63,148 bases of DNA, filler included, from Collodictyon triciliatum (GCA_043381765.1; 7 parts of 7 records of this genome joined end to end with filler, not necessarily neighbours in it); one strand, 5' to 3'. Positions 30,496-44,937 are shown, counted from the whole stretch's first letter. Numbers and translations: made by a program. Notes: generated by a model from the letters alone, not told the origin.

Positions 30496-32368
30496 TTTTA
30501 AAGAGAGGTGCATGCATTTTTCGAAGAATTGAAAGAACTTTCTTGAGTATATTTTTAGCGCTGTTAAAGTCCCTTGTCGAAAATGCACTTTGTTTGGTTT
30601 CTGAGCGATTGCATTCTTTACAAATGAGACATCTATGCACCTTTTTGTTTTTCCTTTCAGTTTCATATATTCCAGTTCTTTTTCGTAGTTGCAGCACATC
30701 CTGGAGGTTCTAAATTCATCTACGCTAGCTGCTCCAAAATGTTTGGATAGTATTTTTCGTAAACCTCTTCAGATTGTTGGCATAGAATGTTTCATCAGAG
30801 GCTTTCTGCTCCAGCATCCATACGCCAGTACAACATCCTTGCCAATTGTCTTTTAAATTCGGTTCATAAACAACTGTTCACTTCTTTTTGTATTAGCATA
30901 CTGTCTCCAGCTCATCTTTCGAAAAGCTACATGTTTATAAAATCTGGAAAATTCTATCTGGCATCTTGATTTCATAGACACATATTTTCGAAAATTATCA
31001 TAATCGACCGTGCATGAATAATGTTTACTCAGTTCTGCCTCTAAATCGATTAAAGATACTCTTGGTGTCTCAAACCGCTGATTCTCTTCAAAAGTCATTT
31101 GACCAAAAGAATAGCACTTTAATCAGTTGTCATGTATATCCCTGAATAATTGTACTTTTTTTTCTTGTGCAAGAGTATTTTGTGATTTTTAAAGAGATTT
31201 GGTATCAAGTCTTGTTTGGTGTGCCGTGTAACGTAATTTCTTACCTGTCTCATCCACCATGTAAACCAAATAAAACTTGCCTGCGTCCACTCCAACTATT
31301 TTTTTATTTTTGTCGCTAATAAAGATAACTGCTCTTCGGAAAGTTCATCTATATACATACATTCTTGGGTCTGTCGATTTAATTTTGAATTTTGAAATAG
31401 ATTTCTTTTCTAACAATAATGACACCGCCAAGCCATCTGTTTGTATCGTGTATGTAAAATTGTAGTCTCCTTGATGAAAACTCCTCTTCTTCATTTCAAA
31501 GAAGGTCAACTCCATAGGGTCTCTTTGCATCCTGATATACTCTTCATTAATAATGTTTTTCCAAATAATACTAATAGACCTATCAAACATGCAGTATCTA
31601 GAGTAATATGAAATGGTATATTGGTAGTTCTTATAGAGATTGGTTGAAGCAGTTTGGTTCCAACGTCCTAAAAAATGCGATTCATGTAAATCACATATGC
31701 AATACACTTGTTTGGATTGACTTTGGCGTCATATTCGATACCATTTACAATATCGCTGTGAATGATACGATACAAATGTATTTTAGCCCATTATTTATAT
31801 TGTTCCGGTATTACGAGTTTATTGAAGATGGCTTTTTTAACTTTCGTAACTCTGCCTTTTTAATAGCTTCCGTAATATTCTCATCTTTAGGAACTGTTTG
31901 ATTTATAAAGCGCAGAAACCTCTTTACATAATGCTCCTTAATTTTATTATGATAAGCTGTTAACATTTGATTCACCAAGTACGGCAATACATGAGACAGT
32001 CCAATCAATAGAAAGCGTTCTTCTTGGGACAAAAGGAATTCGAAAATCAGAGATAAAAAGTCATCATGTCATCTCTCATATCTGGTTGTTTTAATCTTGC
32101 GGGTCTATCTTGTGAAACAATTCCGACTGTCTATAAAGCGTACAAAAAACATTTCATCGATTGTTGGGAGCTTTTGTGATTTCAATATGTAACATCTTGC
32201 AAACAGATAAGTGTCGATAACCAAATTATGACACAATAAAACCGTATCGTTGATTTTGTCATAGTCATCCGCATTCTTCACGATCGACTTTAGAGATGTT
32301 TTCACATTTCGATAGTCTGGTTTTACAGACTTTATATTCTCAAACTCAAGACGTTTTCTTTTCTTCAT
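30419..32368 (-). pseudogene. Fanzor1 (eukaryotic TnpB-like RuvC nuclease), disrupted by frameshifts and stops
   Basis: YTIQTDGLAVSLL; RuvC-I IVGVDAG (D at 31285-31287); VVLAYGCWS; RuvC-II VDEFRTSRMCC; Zn finger CLICKEC; RuvC-III RDFNSAKNI; no evident introns; about 620-650 codons. Confidence 0.85.
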
Positions 32369-33309
32369 GTGAAAGTCTTTGTTTTACTTTTTCCTTTAGA
32401 AAACTACCGAATTTTCAATCTTAATAAAACTTTAATCAATTAGGCATTTAATAAAAAAAATACCTGCATAAAATCAATTCAGGTAAAGTGAAGCATCTAC
32501 CGAGACTTTCAAAATGTGCACATTGTGGCAAACAGACACATAAAGTTTTTTTTTAAGTGATTTGAGACAAGATACTGAGAGCCGATTCGGCGAGTTCGAA
32601 AGGACGGCCGTATAGCGATTGCGACTGGAAGTCAACATATCGGCTCCAAACAACATGATTACCGCTGCAAGTGTGGATAGTATGCTTTTTGAAATGCATG
32701 GTTGGTGGCAGGTTTATAGGGTGGGTTCTTTCTGGGCCAAGGCAAGGGATTGTTTGTAATCTTGAATTTTAATTATAATACTACATAAATGAACAATAAA
32801 AAAAAATTTTTTTTTATTCTTCCTTTCAATTTTGTGCAGGACCGAGGGGGGATGAAATGAACAATAAAATATAATTTGATTACATGAATAGAATGAGATT
32901 ATTAAGTATTATTTAAATTTTATTATATTATTCTAATCATACTATTATATTATTCAGGTTGTTTCTTGGATTCGTCAAAGCTTCTGCTATCGTCAATCCA
33001 GATTTAAATTGATGGTTGTCTGTGCAATAAATTGGATTATATGGGTACACTTTCCTTGTATAAAAAGTGTTATGCCTTGAAAGGGATAAAACCAAGTTCG
33101 TCACAACCTTTGTAATGAAGTTTATCCATTTACAGGCTGAATGAGACCGAAGAGAAAAAACAAAAAGAAAAAGAAAAAGAAAAAACAAAATGAAAAAAGA
33201 AAAAAGAAACGGGCGAATGAATCAGAGCAACTAATACTGAGCACTATATTCATACTTATCTTGCTACCCGTGGGTCGATGACTTCAACTTGAGGCCTTTC
33301 TATATTCCC

Positions 33310-33474
<165 letters not shown>

Positions 33475-33574
33475 NNNNNNNNNNNNNNNNNNNNNNNNNN
33501 NNNNNNNNNNNNNNNNNNTTAATTAATTAANNNNNNNNNNNNNNNNNNNNNNNNNNNNNNNNNNNNNNNNNNNN

Positions 33575-33650
<76 letters not shown>

Positions 33651-36600
33651 GCCACCGATCAGTACAAGGCCAAGCAAACTGAATGACCCAACATGAAAAC
33701 ATAGCTTCATTTTCTTCAAAAAGCGAAAGTTTAAACCTACGCAAGTTTTTTGTATTTTCCAAAAGCCAAAAGAGCTGATCGAGGGTGGGATAGTCTATCA
33801 AATGCTAGGAAATAATACTCATTATAAAAGAAACAAAAACGGACAAAAGATTAGTCTATAGTAAAACTAAAAATTATTGACTCTGTTCTTGCCTTGTTTA
33901 ATACCTGGGTTCTGTTGTTGCTTACCATCCCACAACTCAAAACTCTCATGAAACTCATTTATATAACCAAAAATCAAGAATTCAAGTATTCTAATTTTAT
34001 GTGCCAATTTGTTAGGGCTCTCATTAATACAGCAATTCGCAAGCCAAGGGGAACCGGGACTATTCGAGTCAGGGAGCATCCTGTTGCAGAGAATTTTTGC
34101 CCACTCACCCAGAATACCTAAACTTCCCAATTTTATATATATATATTCTTTATTTTATCACAATAGCTATAGCTTTAGTTTTATAATATCATTCATAGTA
34201 TACAGTGGACTCCAATCACATCTCGTGCAGCTTGTGACACATTTCATGGACATAATGGAGACTGGGTCTTTGGTCGCCCTGCTGCCCACACCACGCTCAC
34301 TTTTACGGACTCTTCCAAAGACGCAGCCTTGAAGTACATCTCATTTAGTCAGATATTTGCTTTCATGCCGGTTATTTTGATCTATCTGCTTTTCTTTTCT
34401 CAACTCAGCCTATTTTGTGGGATTCGTATATTAGTGAAAACCCCCCTTTTCTCATATGTAATAATTACATCCACTCTTCCATCTAAATTTTTATTTTTCC
34501 ATGAAGCGAAAATGTAGTAAATACAATATGCCTGGAAGTTTACTATCAATATTACAAATTAAGCTTCTCGTCGTTTCTTGTGCCTGAGAGACTGCTGATG
34601 AGTTAAGGAAAGTGAACAATTATCCTTCAATCTCCCTTTACTATAATTGTTAAGTTATATCAATCACGGTCCATATCAAAATAAATGTCAATATTTACTT
34701 TTATTTGTCATGTTTATATAAATAATGCCTTTATAACCCACACTGCCCATAGGATAGAGAAAATGGTTGGGCTGTGGCCAAAGAGAGGATAAGTTCATTT
34801 TTAATGGCTGCATCCCCTACGACTGAAGCTGTTCATTTGGCACCGATGAGGTATTAATGAAACCTTTTAACCATTATTATCCATCGAAGAAGCAAAAATT
34901 TTATACTTACCATATGACATAATTTTTTTAAAAATAATTGAATTAATCCGCGACATTAATAGATCACTCGAATACTCGCCACTGCCGAAGAGGAGAATGA
35001 AATCTGCATGATTAAAAGCGGGTATATATATTTGCTGTTATTGATATTTGCTATCGCATTCTTATACCGATTCACTTCAATTTCAAAAATCGTTTTCGTT
35101 TTCTAAATCACACATAATATCCGGCAGATCATAAGCAATAGCTGACATACTCGTACAACTTCTTCAACCAAGGCCTTAGTGGAATTGGTAAGGCTCCGAA
35201 GAAATATACTTGACTTACAATTGAATTTGTTACTACATCATAACTCGATTTTTTGAAAACTTAAACAAATAATAATACATTCCTAACAGTCTGAATATAA
35301 CTGTCCTTTCAACGCGGCACCTGTATTCACAAAATCAAGCTTTAATCAGCCGAATTCAAGTATGATACACTTTACATGACTTAATGCGCAAGTCCTTTGA
35401 TTTTATAATTCAAAGTAAGCGATAATGTCTGTTGTTATTTTTTTTATTTTTTTTTGTTATTTTGGTGAATTTTTACATCTACTTCTCACTGGGAGTGGAT
35501 GAGATTGGATGATGTATGAATTAAAAGAAACGATGTTCAAAAAAACAAGGGTGATTAATTTTCGACATTAAAAGATTTAAAGAGAATTATGATAGATTTA
35601 TTTTTAATCCATACAAAATTATGGCTACTGGATTAATATAATGATACAGGGTTGGCTCTAACAATTTCTTTTCATAGTAGTACCTGACGAACTAGTAAGA
35701 AGGGCTCATTTTTCCCTGTCTCACTGACACGGGTCTTTGCGCTCGCATTTTTTGGTCCCATTCAAGCCATTCTGTAAATTTTGGTCGTTTCATTTTTTTT
35801 GAAGAATATCTATATCATTTATATTATTAATCGAATTCTTAGCATCATGAATAAATTTGTATTTAATGAAACTCATAACTAAAATATTAACTGCACATTT
35901 CAATGAATAGTGCTACCTTAAGGCCAGATTTCACCAGCATTCTGATAGTAGAACAATATGGTTCTGATCAAATTTTATTTTACAAGAAACCTGGTACGTA
36001 TTACTCCTGAAAACAAAAAGTAAGATTATAATAGTAAATTTCATCTGACACCAAATTGATCACATGATTGATACTCAACGATAGAAAACAAAATCGCACA
36101 CACTGGATTTAAATTAGTCTAGCAGAAATATAGATAATATCAATCAAACAAACTTCTTTCTGTGCCAATACCCTTTTTTTTCGGTAAAGTGTTGAACCTA
36201 GCTTCTTCATGGACTAACTTAAAAAATCGCACTGTTTTATTCAATATATCATATTTAACATTAATTACTCATCTTCAATCGGAAACTGTTCGAACTAAAG
36301 TCATGAACAAAACTCAGATACAGTTAAAATGGATGGGACAAAGGACAAAATCCGTGGGAAAGGGAACTGTTTCGATCTACTACTTGGAGGAGGGGGTGGG
36401 GTGGTGGATTGGCGGCTCCTAGTTTTTCCGATAGTCTGAAGTAAAGGTCTAAGAACATGCGGTGGGGGTATTGGGTTGGGTTGTGTGTGGAAGTAAGTAT
36501 GTCTTTGTCCAGTCATTCATTACCAAAAATAAAAAAAAATTTATTTATTTGTAAATTTCTCTAATCAAGAGTCATGTATCCTTTTTTGTGGTAAGGAGAG

Positions 36601-39600
36601 TTAATCTTATTTGAAAACATTACCTATTTACCAAAGAAAATAACTTGTATAAATATGAATCATTTTTAATTAAAAATATCTCACTTGTAAAACTATTATG
36701 ATGATAGTATAAAATCCTAAAAATTAAGAATCATCATGGGTCTGACAATGCTAGTTATTTTATTATTCAGTTGATAGATTCAATTAGCATGAAATAAATG
36801 GAATCAATATTGTAATACTTACAATGAATACAATAATATAATCTATATATTCACTAATGAAGTTTGATCAAGATATATTGTCTGTTTAAAGCATCTGCAT
36901 CGCCATGTCGTTTGTATTTGTAATAATCTTATTATGTATCGCCTCATGAATACCAAATCAAAAAAAAAAAGCTTTAAATCACGTATCTACTAGAGAAGCT
37001 TAGTTATCTGCATACTCTTGAAATCCGTATTTTACATTCCCCCTAAACGCACTTTGAATAGAATAAAGGGAAAAATAGGTTTTTATTAATTTAATAAATT
37101 ACTGTTGCATGAAGTGTCAGTTTAAAAAAAAAANNNNNNNNNNNNNNNNNNNNNNNNNNNNNNNNNNNNNNNNNNNNNNNNNNNNNNNNNNNNNNNNNNN
37201 NNNNNNNNNNNNNNNNNNNNNNNNNNNNNNNNNNNNNNNNNNNNNNNNNNNNNNNNNNNNNNNNNNNNNNNNNNNNNNNNNNNNNNNNNNNNNNNNNNNN
37301 NNNNNNNNNNNNNNNNNNNNNNNNNNNNNNNNNNNNNNNNNNNNNNNNNNNNNNNNNNNNNNNNNNNNNNNNNNNNNNNNNNNNNNNNNNNNNNNNNNNN
37401 NNNNNNNNNNNNNNNNNNNNNNNNNNNNNNNNNNNNNNNNNNNNNNNNNNNNNNNNNNNNNNNNNNNNNNNNNNNNNNNNNNNNNNNNNNNNNNNNNNNN
37501 NNNNNNNNNNNNNNNNNNNNNNNNNNNNNNNNNNNNNNNNNNNNNNNNNNNNNNNNNNNNNNNNNNNNNNNNNNNNNNNNNNNNNNNNNNNNNNNNNNNN
37601 NNNNNNNNNNNNNNNNNNNNNNNNNNNNNNNNNNNNNNNNNNNNNNNNNNNNNNNNNNNNNNNNNNNNNNNNNNNNNNNNNNNNNNNNNNAAAAAAAAAT
37701 CCTTTTTATTCATATATTATTTTCGAATATTTTTTTGATTTATAGAATGATTTATTTATTTTATTCATTACATACAATATGGGTTCTAAGGTTTTTTGAT
37801 ATTGATGATTATATCATTTTATTAAATCTTGATATTTCGCTTTATTCCTATTCGGTCAAAATATGGCCGAGTACAAGTAGTAATGCATATACAATTTTAT
37901 TGATAATATATTCTTTTTTATCAAATATTCAAATACGAGGATTCAATTTGTCTGCATTGAAAGAAATGTAAACTAATTGAATAGCTAAACTTTCAGTTCT
38001 ATAACATCTCTTTAAATGATTGTGATTGTAAATTGAATAATATCAATAAGTTTTTTATTTTTGTATCATAAAATGAGTTTTTCTTTTTATAAACACTAAT
38101 TTTATCTTGGGTTCCAAATAAACTTAACAATCACATAGTTTAGAACTCCTCAATGAAATATAGGATTTACATAAACATAAAATGATTAATAGTCAAAAGA
38201 ATGTAATATCATATTTTTATCGATATAACTTATCAGTGCTTTGGTTTTAATTAGTATAGCTGGTTTTGATTTGATGAATAACATCAATATGGAAACTGAC
38301 ATAAGATGGTATTTTTAGGGGAGTTTGTTGATTTGAATCCACAATTGAGAGCCTCCTTATAGAGAATGAAATAATCATGATGAAACAGATAAATATATGC
38401 AAATTTATACTGAAACTGATCACGAATCATTGAACCTATTAGAGATGATACCTGGCTCTCACAAAACATATTATGTATTTCAATCAGTTGTTAATCAAAA
38501 TTTACTGAATATTAGGATGTGACTCATCGCTTGACCGCCATTTCTATACACATATGGTTGTGCTTTAAGAGTAAGCAGAGTTCTAGAACAATTAATAATC
38601 CAGCTAACTGAAGAAAGGTTTCAAATACTAAATTAAAGACTTTTAAATCCGGAACAAATTTTATCGAAAGCCATGTTCAAGGGTGATATCATTTTGTTTT
38701 CTCATATAATAATTATTCGATATTGTCAAGCAAACAGGGTTTCTTTAATAATTGATTCAATATAAATTATCTAATAATATGGCTGTTTTAACCTCTGATT
38801 GTTTGATTAACTATCGTGTAATTATATCGTTAACACTAGGATGATTCAAATAAATGTTTCTTCTTATCTTTACATTTTTCATTATGATAATGAAGAACAA
38901 TTTATACGAATCCAACAATAATGAACATTTTTCTTACAATTTGGAGCTCACATAAATAATTTTAGGAATGACTAAAGTTCTAGCCGTCACAATGATTTTA
39001 TGCAGATAATTAGATTCTCTTTTAATTATTTTAGTCATTAATCAACTCATATGAAGCACAAACTCATGATATTCTTATCTATCAAAATTCATTTATATTT
39101 AAAATTATGCGTTTTAGGTTATCGGTGAATATCTCGAGATGTTGGATAATTGAATCATTTGTGTGGTTTATTTTGAAAATGAAAGATAAGAGAGGATTAT
39201 AAATATTGAATCAAGATATATGAATGTACGAAAAGACAAGTGGTTTACGGATATGAGATTGATATATCAGAAGGAAAGTTTAAAATATAAATAAGACAAT
39301 TAATGTAAAAAATCATCAAATCCAATAATGAAAATAAATTTGTACACTGAAAAATTCATTCATTTTTTCGTACGCAATATTTTTGTGTTGATTAAAAATT
39401 TTTATAAATAATTTATGTTTTTTTCGTTCTATCAACTTTATATCGCATGAAAAATCTATAGTATTTGATTAAATGATACACAATTTAAGCTTCAATGTGA
39501 GAAATCCTTTATTTAATACTGAATATTCTTGAAATCAAGTTTGCTGAATATTCCTATGTTTGGTGAATAAAATATCAGCTGAACTGACTATATATAATTT

Positions 39601-39792
39601 TATACTGAGAAATTGGTTGCAATACGTAGGAATGTACTCACTAAACAAAAAAAGAACTGATTTCCGATGCGATAATGTCTTCGAATCGAGAAGAACATCT
39701 ATCAAAAATTCTGCAACGTGCGTCTCATATTTCAATCTTAAATAAATACATTTGTGGATTAGGCTCAATTTTAAATATATCCCAGAAATTCG

Positions 39793-42700
39793 ATGCTTTT
39801 GGTTGCCTTTGTTTCCATCGTTTTCATTGTTTCATCGGCATCCTCAATTCATCCACGTCAAAGGTACATTTTGATTTATGAATATTTGTAAAATACACTT
39901 TCGACTCAAATAAGGAAAACAGATGCCAGTATTCAAGAGATGAGTTGCTTTCCATGAAAGTCGAAGATGCATTCCAAATTCTGTTGAGCTACTACGATGA
40001 GAACTGCCCTATGTTAAAAGAGAGTGAGGATAACTTTTCAGGGTTGATGAATGGCTGGAAAGATGGAGAATACTCGCTAGAAAATGGACATGGTGATGAA
40101 TGGAATTATGGAAGAAAATTAACATCTAGTAAGGTCGACTACTACAAAGAAATTCATTCGCCAAAACGAAGTAGAAACAGAGAGCGGTGGCTGGAGAACG
40201 ACGAGAATCGAAGTGTGACCGATATAAAAACTGGGACCCAATACGAACTCCTTGTCCAACTCTATGATTTACTTGGCGGCGATAATTGGTTTCAGAACAC
40301 TGGATGGAAGAGTGAAAGTATTCCGATTTGTGATTGGTATGGGATTTCGTGTCATCAGAGCTGTTCGGATGAAGACTATAAGGTATTTTTGAAATGATAA
40401 TAATCTCTTTTGATTTCATTTTTAATAATTTTCTTTATTTTTGTAGAGCGATACATGCCCCATACTTGGTGTCTACTTGCCAGAAAACAATCTTAATGGT
40501 GACATTGAAGCTGCTTCTGTAATTTTTGAGAAGCTCCAATTGTTGGATTTCTTGGATATGAGCTACAACTTCATTTACGGAAATCTTCCAGACTTAAATC
40601 TTTTAGTCATTACATATTTGAATCTCTTTGTGAATCGAATTACCGGAACGATTCCAGACTTCCAAGGAATGCCGAATATTGAACATTTTGAGATTGATGG
40701 GAATGAACTGGAAGGAACAATACCAGATTTTTCTGGAATTCAATTAATCACAACGTTGATATTTGGTGCTAGTGAAAAAATTACAGGTATGGAGTGATCT
40801 TTTAATATTTTTTATTTAGGATTGTAAAATAGTTTTCTTTCCAGGAACTCTGCCTGATTTCTCGGCGTTGCCAAATGTTAGGATTCTTGGATTTTATCAC
40901 TGCAATATTCATGGTTTGTTTTTTATTTGAGTTAATTTTGATGGTGTAGAACCCTTTCTTATTTTTTTAATACAGGAACAATTCCGAATTTTCGCGAAAT
41001 TCCAAAAATAGAAACTATTGGTCTTTACAACAATCGAATGACTGGTAAGCTTTAACTATGTCTTAATATATTAAGTTTTTGAATTACTAATTTTTAATAC
41101 AGGAACTGTTCCAAATTTCAGCGAAATTCCAAATCTTAAAAATATAATTTTACACAGCAATTGGTTGACAGGTAATCTTTATGATTATTTTATAATTTGT
41201 ACATGAATTACTAACTTTATAACACAGGGATCGTTCCAAACTTTTGTGGCATTCCAAACGTTGAAGATCTATATCTTTATGATAATCGACTAACGGGTGA
41301 TTTCTATTGTCTCATGTATTATTGATGAAAAACTAACTTTATATCACAGGAACGGTTCCAAACTTCAGTGGAATTCCAAATGTTATAGATATTTCTATTT
41401 CCGACAATCAATTCAATGGTAAATATTGTAAACTTTTCATATATGTTCGGTGAAAACTAATATAATAATACAGGAACGGTTCCCAACTTTTGCGGCATTA
41501 TAAAAGTTAAAAAAATTACTATTTTCGACAATCGACTGACTGGTGAGAATCTGATAATTTTATGTATTATTGATGAAAAACTAACTTTATATCACAGGAA
41601 CGGTTCCAAACTTCAGTGGAATTCCAAATGTTGAAATAATTGATATTTCTGACAATCAATTAAATGGTAAATATTTATGATTAAATCATGTTATGTCGCG
41701 GGAAATAATAATTTTATATCATAGGGACGATTCCAAACTTCAGTGAAATTCCGAATCTTATATGGATTGGTCTCTCTGGAAATTTTTTGAATGGTTAATA
41801 TTCATGATTAAATCATGTTATGTCACGGGAAATAATAATTTTATATCATAGGGACGATTCCAAACTTCAGTGAAATTCCTAATCTTTTATGGATTAGTCT
41901 CTCTGGAAATGATTTGAGTGGTAAATTTTATCACTTTTTCATGTATTGTTGATAAGAAACTAACCTTTTATTACAGGCACGATTCCTAACTTTAGCACTA
42001 TTCCAAATATTAAATGGATTTATCTTTTCAACAATCAATTAACAGGTAATTTTTATTATTATTTCACTTAATATTGATGAAAGACTAATTTAATACTACA
42101 GGAACGATTCCAAACTTCTGTAAAACTCCAGAAATTTTAGAGATTTCTCTCCCTGAGAATGATTTGAGTGGTATATTTAAAGATTACTTCATATATTCAA
42201 TTTGAATAGAGTAAAGGTAAATATTCTTTCATACATCATTCACCAAAAATTAAATTTATATTAAAGGAACCATTCCAAACTTTAGTGGAGTTTTAAAGGT
42301 TGAAATAATTACTATATTTGGTAATCAATTGACAGGTAATTTTATTTTTATTTCACGTAATATTGATAAGAACTAACACAGTATAATAGGGACGATTCCA
42401 AACTTCAGTGAAACTCCTAATCTTTCATGGATTTCTCTTTCTAGAAATCAATTGAATGGTAAATTTTAACACTTTCAAGTATTTTTCAAGTAAGCTAAAT
42501 TTATATTATAGGAACGGTTCCAAATTTTGATGGAATTTTTATGATTGCAATAATTGGTCTTTACGGTAATCAATTGACAGGTATGCAATATGATGTTTCC
42601 TTGTAATTATATTATAATCTAACTCAACATTATAGGAACGGTTCCGAATTTTAATAGAATTCCAAATCTTGAAAAAATATACCTCGACAGAAACAGATTG

Positions 42701-44657
42701 AATGGTGATATCTACTTATTTTCCCTTTCTATTTCTTAGATTTTCATATTTTCTCAAACATTAATGAGTAATTTTAGGCGCAATTCCAAACTTATCAAAT
42801 TTGGGGAAACTGGAGATTTTCTCTGTTTATGAGAATCAGTTGGAGGGAGAGGTTCCAGATTTCAAAGATTGCATAAAAATCAAGGAAATAATACTGTTCC
42901 GAAATAAGTTGACAGGCACATTGCCTATGTTCAATCTGAATAATCTGATAAGACTGGATGTGAGCGAAAACCAAGTCAGTGGCTCTATACCTGATAACTG
43001 GATATTGCCTTCAATTAAATACATCGACTTGTCTTGGAATAAAATGAACGGCACAGTCCCAACCTATTTTCAGGGACTGTCAGAGCTGAAATCACTTGTT
43101 TTGTCTCACAATAAATTCTCTGGAAGCATGCCTGATTTATTCTGGAGTCTGTCGAATCTAGTGACGATTGATTTGAGAAATAACTCATTTTCAGGAGACG
43201 TTGGTGCTTTTATTGTTCCAGCTTCAGGAAGTAATGAAAATATTGATTATTTCTATGAAACTCTTTTGCTTGATGACAACCAACTCTATGGCGAATTAAA
43301 TTGGATGATTTTTAGTTACATTTTCAGCATAAAAACCCTGAGCTTGAAAAACAACAACATCACTAAACTTGATGACCTTACAAATATTTTGAGATGGAAT
43401 TCCTTTGACCTCACTGGAAATCCGATTGTTGGGAGCATTCCTGAATCATACATCGGATTTTCAAAGCTTGAGTATCTGGGATTGAATGAAACATCGATGA
43501 ATCACGGAGCAGCTAATTTTCTTCCTGATTTTATGAATTTCACGACATCTTTCAATCTCCAAGATGAAACAAAACGCTACCTTTGTCCTTCCATTATTTC
43601 GAATTCTGGTCTGATAGAGTTAGAGGTTGACTTGAATCCAGAATACTATGACTTCGAATTTTGTAAATGCTTGCCTGGATATTTCGGCTTTGGAAATAAT
43701 TGCGTTCAATGTCCAAGAGGATGTGATTGCCTTGATGGAACGTCCTTGAAATTCTGTCATGCTTCACCAAGCATCACCTCTGTGAAATCAATATTTCCAT
43801 GTCCACGTCGCGAGTCATGTGATGTGTCGATTCCAGAGAAAAATTCGAATTCAAGTGTGACGGTGGAAATCATAAACCTGTGTCAAGAGGGTTATGAAAG
43901 CAATGCCTGTTCAAAATGTCAGAATGGATACGGAAATCAAGGGAGGTCGTGTGTGAAATGCGATAAAGGAACGATTTACTCTACTCTGATTCTTGGTTCG
44001 ATTGGATTCTTTATGTTCATTTGCTATCTGTATTTCACAGAGACATCAAAATCAGGTAAATGTTACTAATTATTTCACTGTTATGATTCCTATATTAATC
44101 AGAATATTTCATTCAGCGAAACTCAGGATAATAATGTTCCACATGCAAACACTGTCGATTGTGTCTAGTGGAATAGTTCTCTCAGAAGATGCAAATAGCT
44201 TCGTTGATGTCTCATCATCCATCGGCTCAATCCAAATTCCCAACCTTTCCTGTGTCCTTGGAGTGGACGATGTGTTTGTTTCCCTGATTTTTAGTTTTGC
44301 AAGAATACCAATCTTTATCATCGTTGGCTCAGCCACGTACTATTTCGGATATGGGCACAAGCAGAACAAAGTAAGGATGAAAATACATTCCACTGTTAAT
44401 TGTTCGTAATTTATTCAGTTTCATCTTTAGTAGTACTAAATTAATTTATTTTATTTTTTGGCAGGCTGTTTTCATCACCTTGAATCTTCTATTTTTTATA
44501 TACTACTCAGTTGCAAGAGAGGTGTTTGGTGTTTTTGGATGCACCGTTTATGACGAAGGTGTGAATAAATGGTATCTGAATTTCAAGCCCTGGATTCAAT
44601 GCAGCCCAGCTTCAGATGAATATCAAAAACTGCTCGCAATAACTGTCCCAGTTTTCG
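39793..44657 (+). CDS. Multi-exon LRR receptor-like membrane protein, copy 2 (3'-truncated)
   Basis: ATG at 39793 gives MLLVAFVSIVFIVSS; same exon structure and highly similar large exons as copy 1; ends at the linker inside the TM domain. Confidence 0.88.
40845..42704 (+). repeat. Array of 15 single-LRR 69-nt phase-1 micro-exons
   Basis: Exons start at about 40845, 40976, 41104, 41228, 41350, 41474, 41597, 41725, 41852, 41977, 42102, 42267, 42390, 42512 and 42636. All are open and AG/GT-bounded. Confidence 0.9.
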
Positions 44658-44757
44658 NNNNNNNNNNNNNNNNNNNNNNNNNNNNNNNNNNNNNNNNNNN
44701 NTTAATTAATTAANNNNNNNNNNNNNNNNNNNNNNNNNNNNNNNNNNNNNNNNNNNN

Positions 44758-44816
<59 letters not shown>

Positions 44817-44937
44817 AAAAAACAAAAAACAGATAAACAAAAAACAGAAAAACAGAAAAACAGAAAAACAGAAAAACAGAAAAACAGAAAAACAGAAAAA
44901 CAGAAAAACAAAAAAAAAACTATGTTAGGAACAACCC

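Noticed and set aside
30760-31200. Stop-codon reassignment to explain in-frame stops in the Fanzor
   Set aside because: Frameshifts are also present, and host genes end normally in TAA, TAG and TGA.
30370-32399. Possible terminal inverted repeat CTAAAAGGA / TCCTTTAG around the Fanzor
   Set aside because: Only 8-9 imperfect AT-rich bases with no clear target-site duplication; other copies are needed to judge.
40845-42704. Regular ~125-bp repeat/spacer periodicity resembling a CRISPR array
   Set aside because: The repeats are degenerate coding exons with GT-AG introns, and no cas genes are present.
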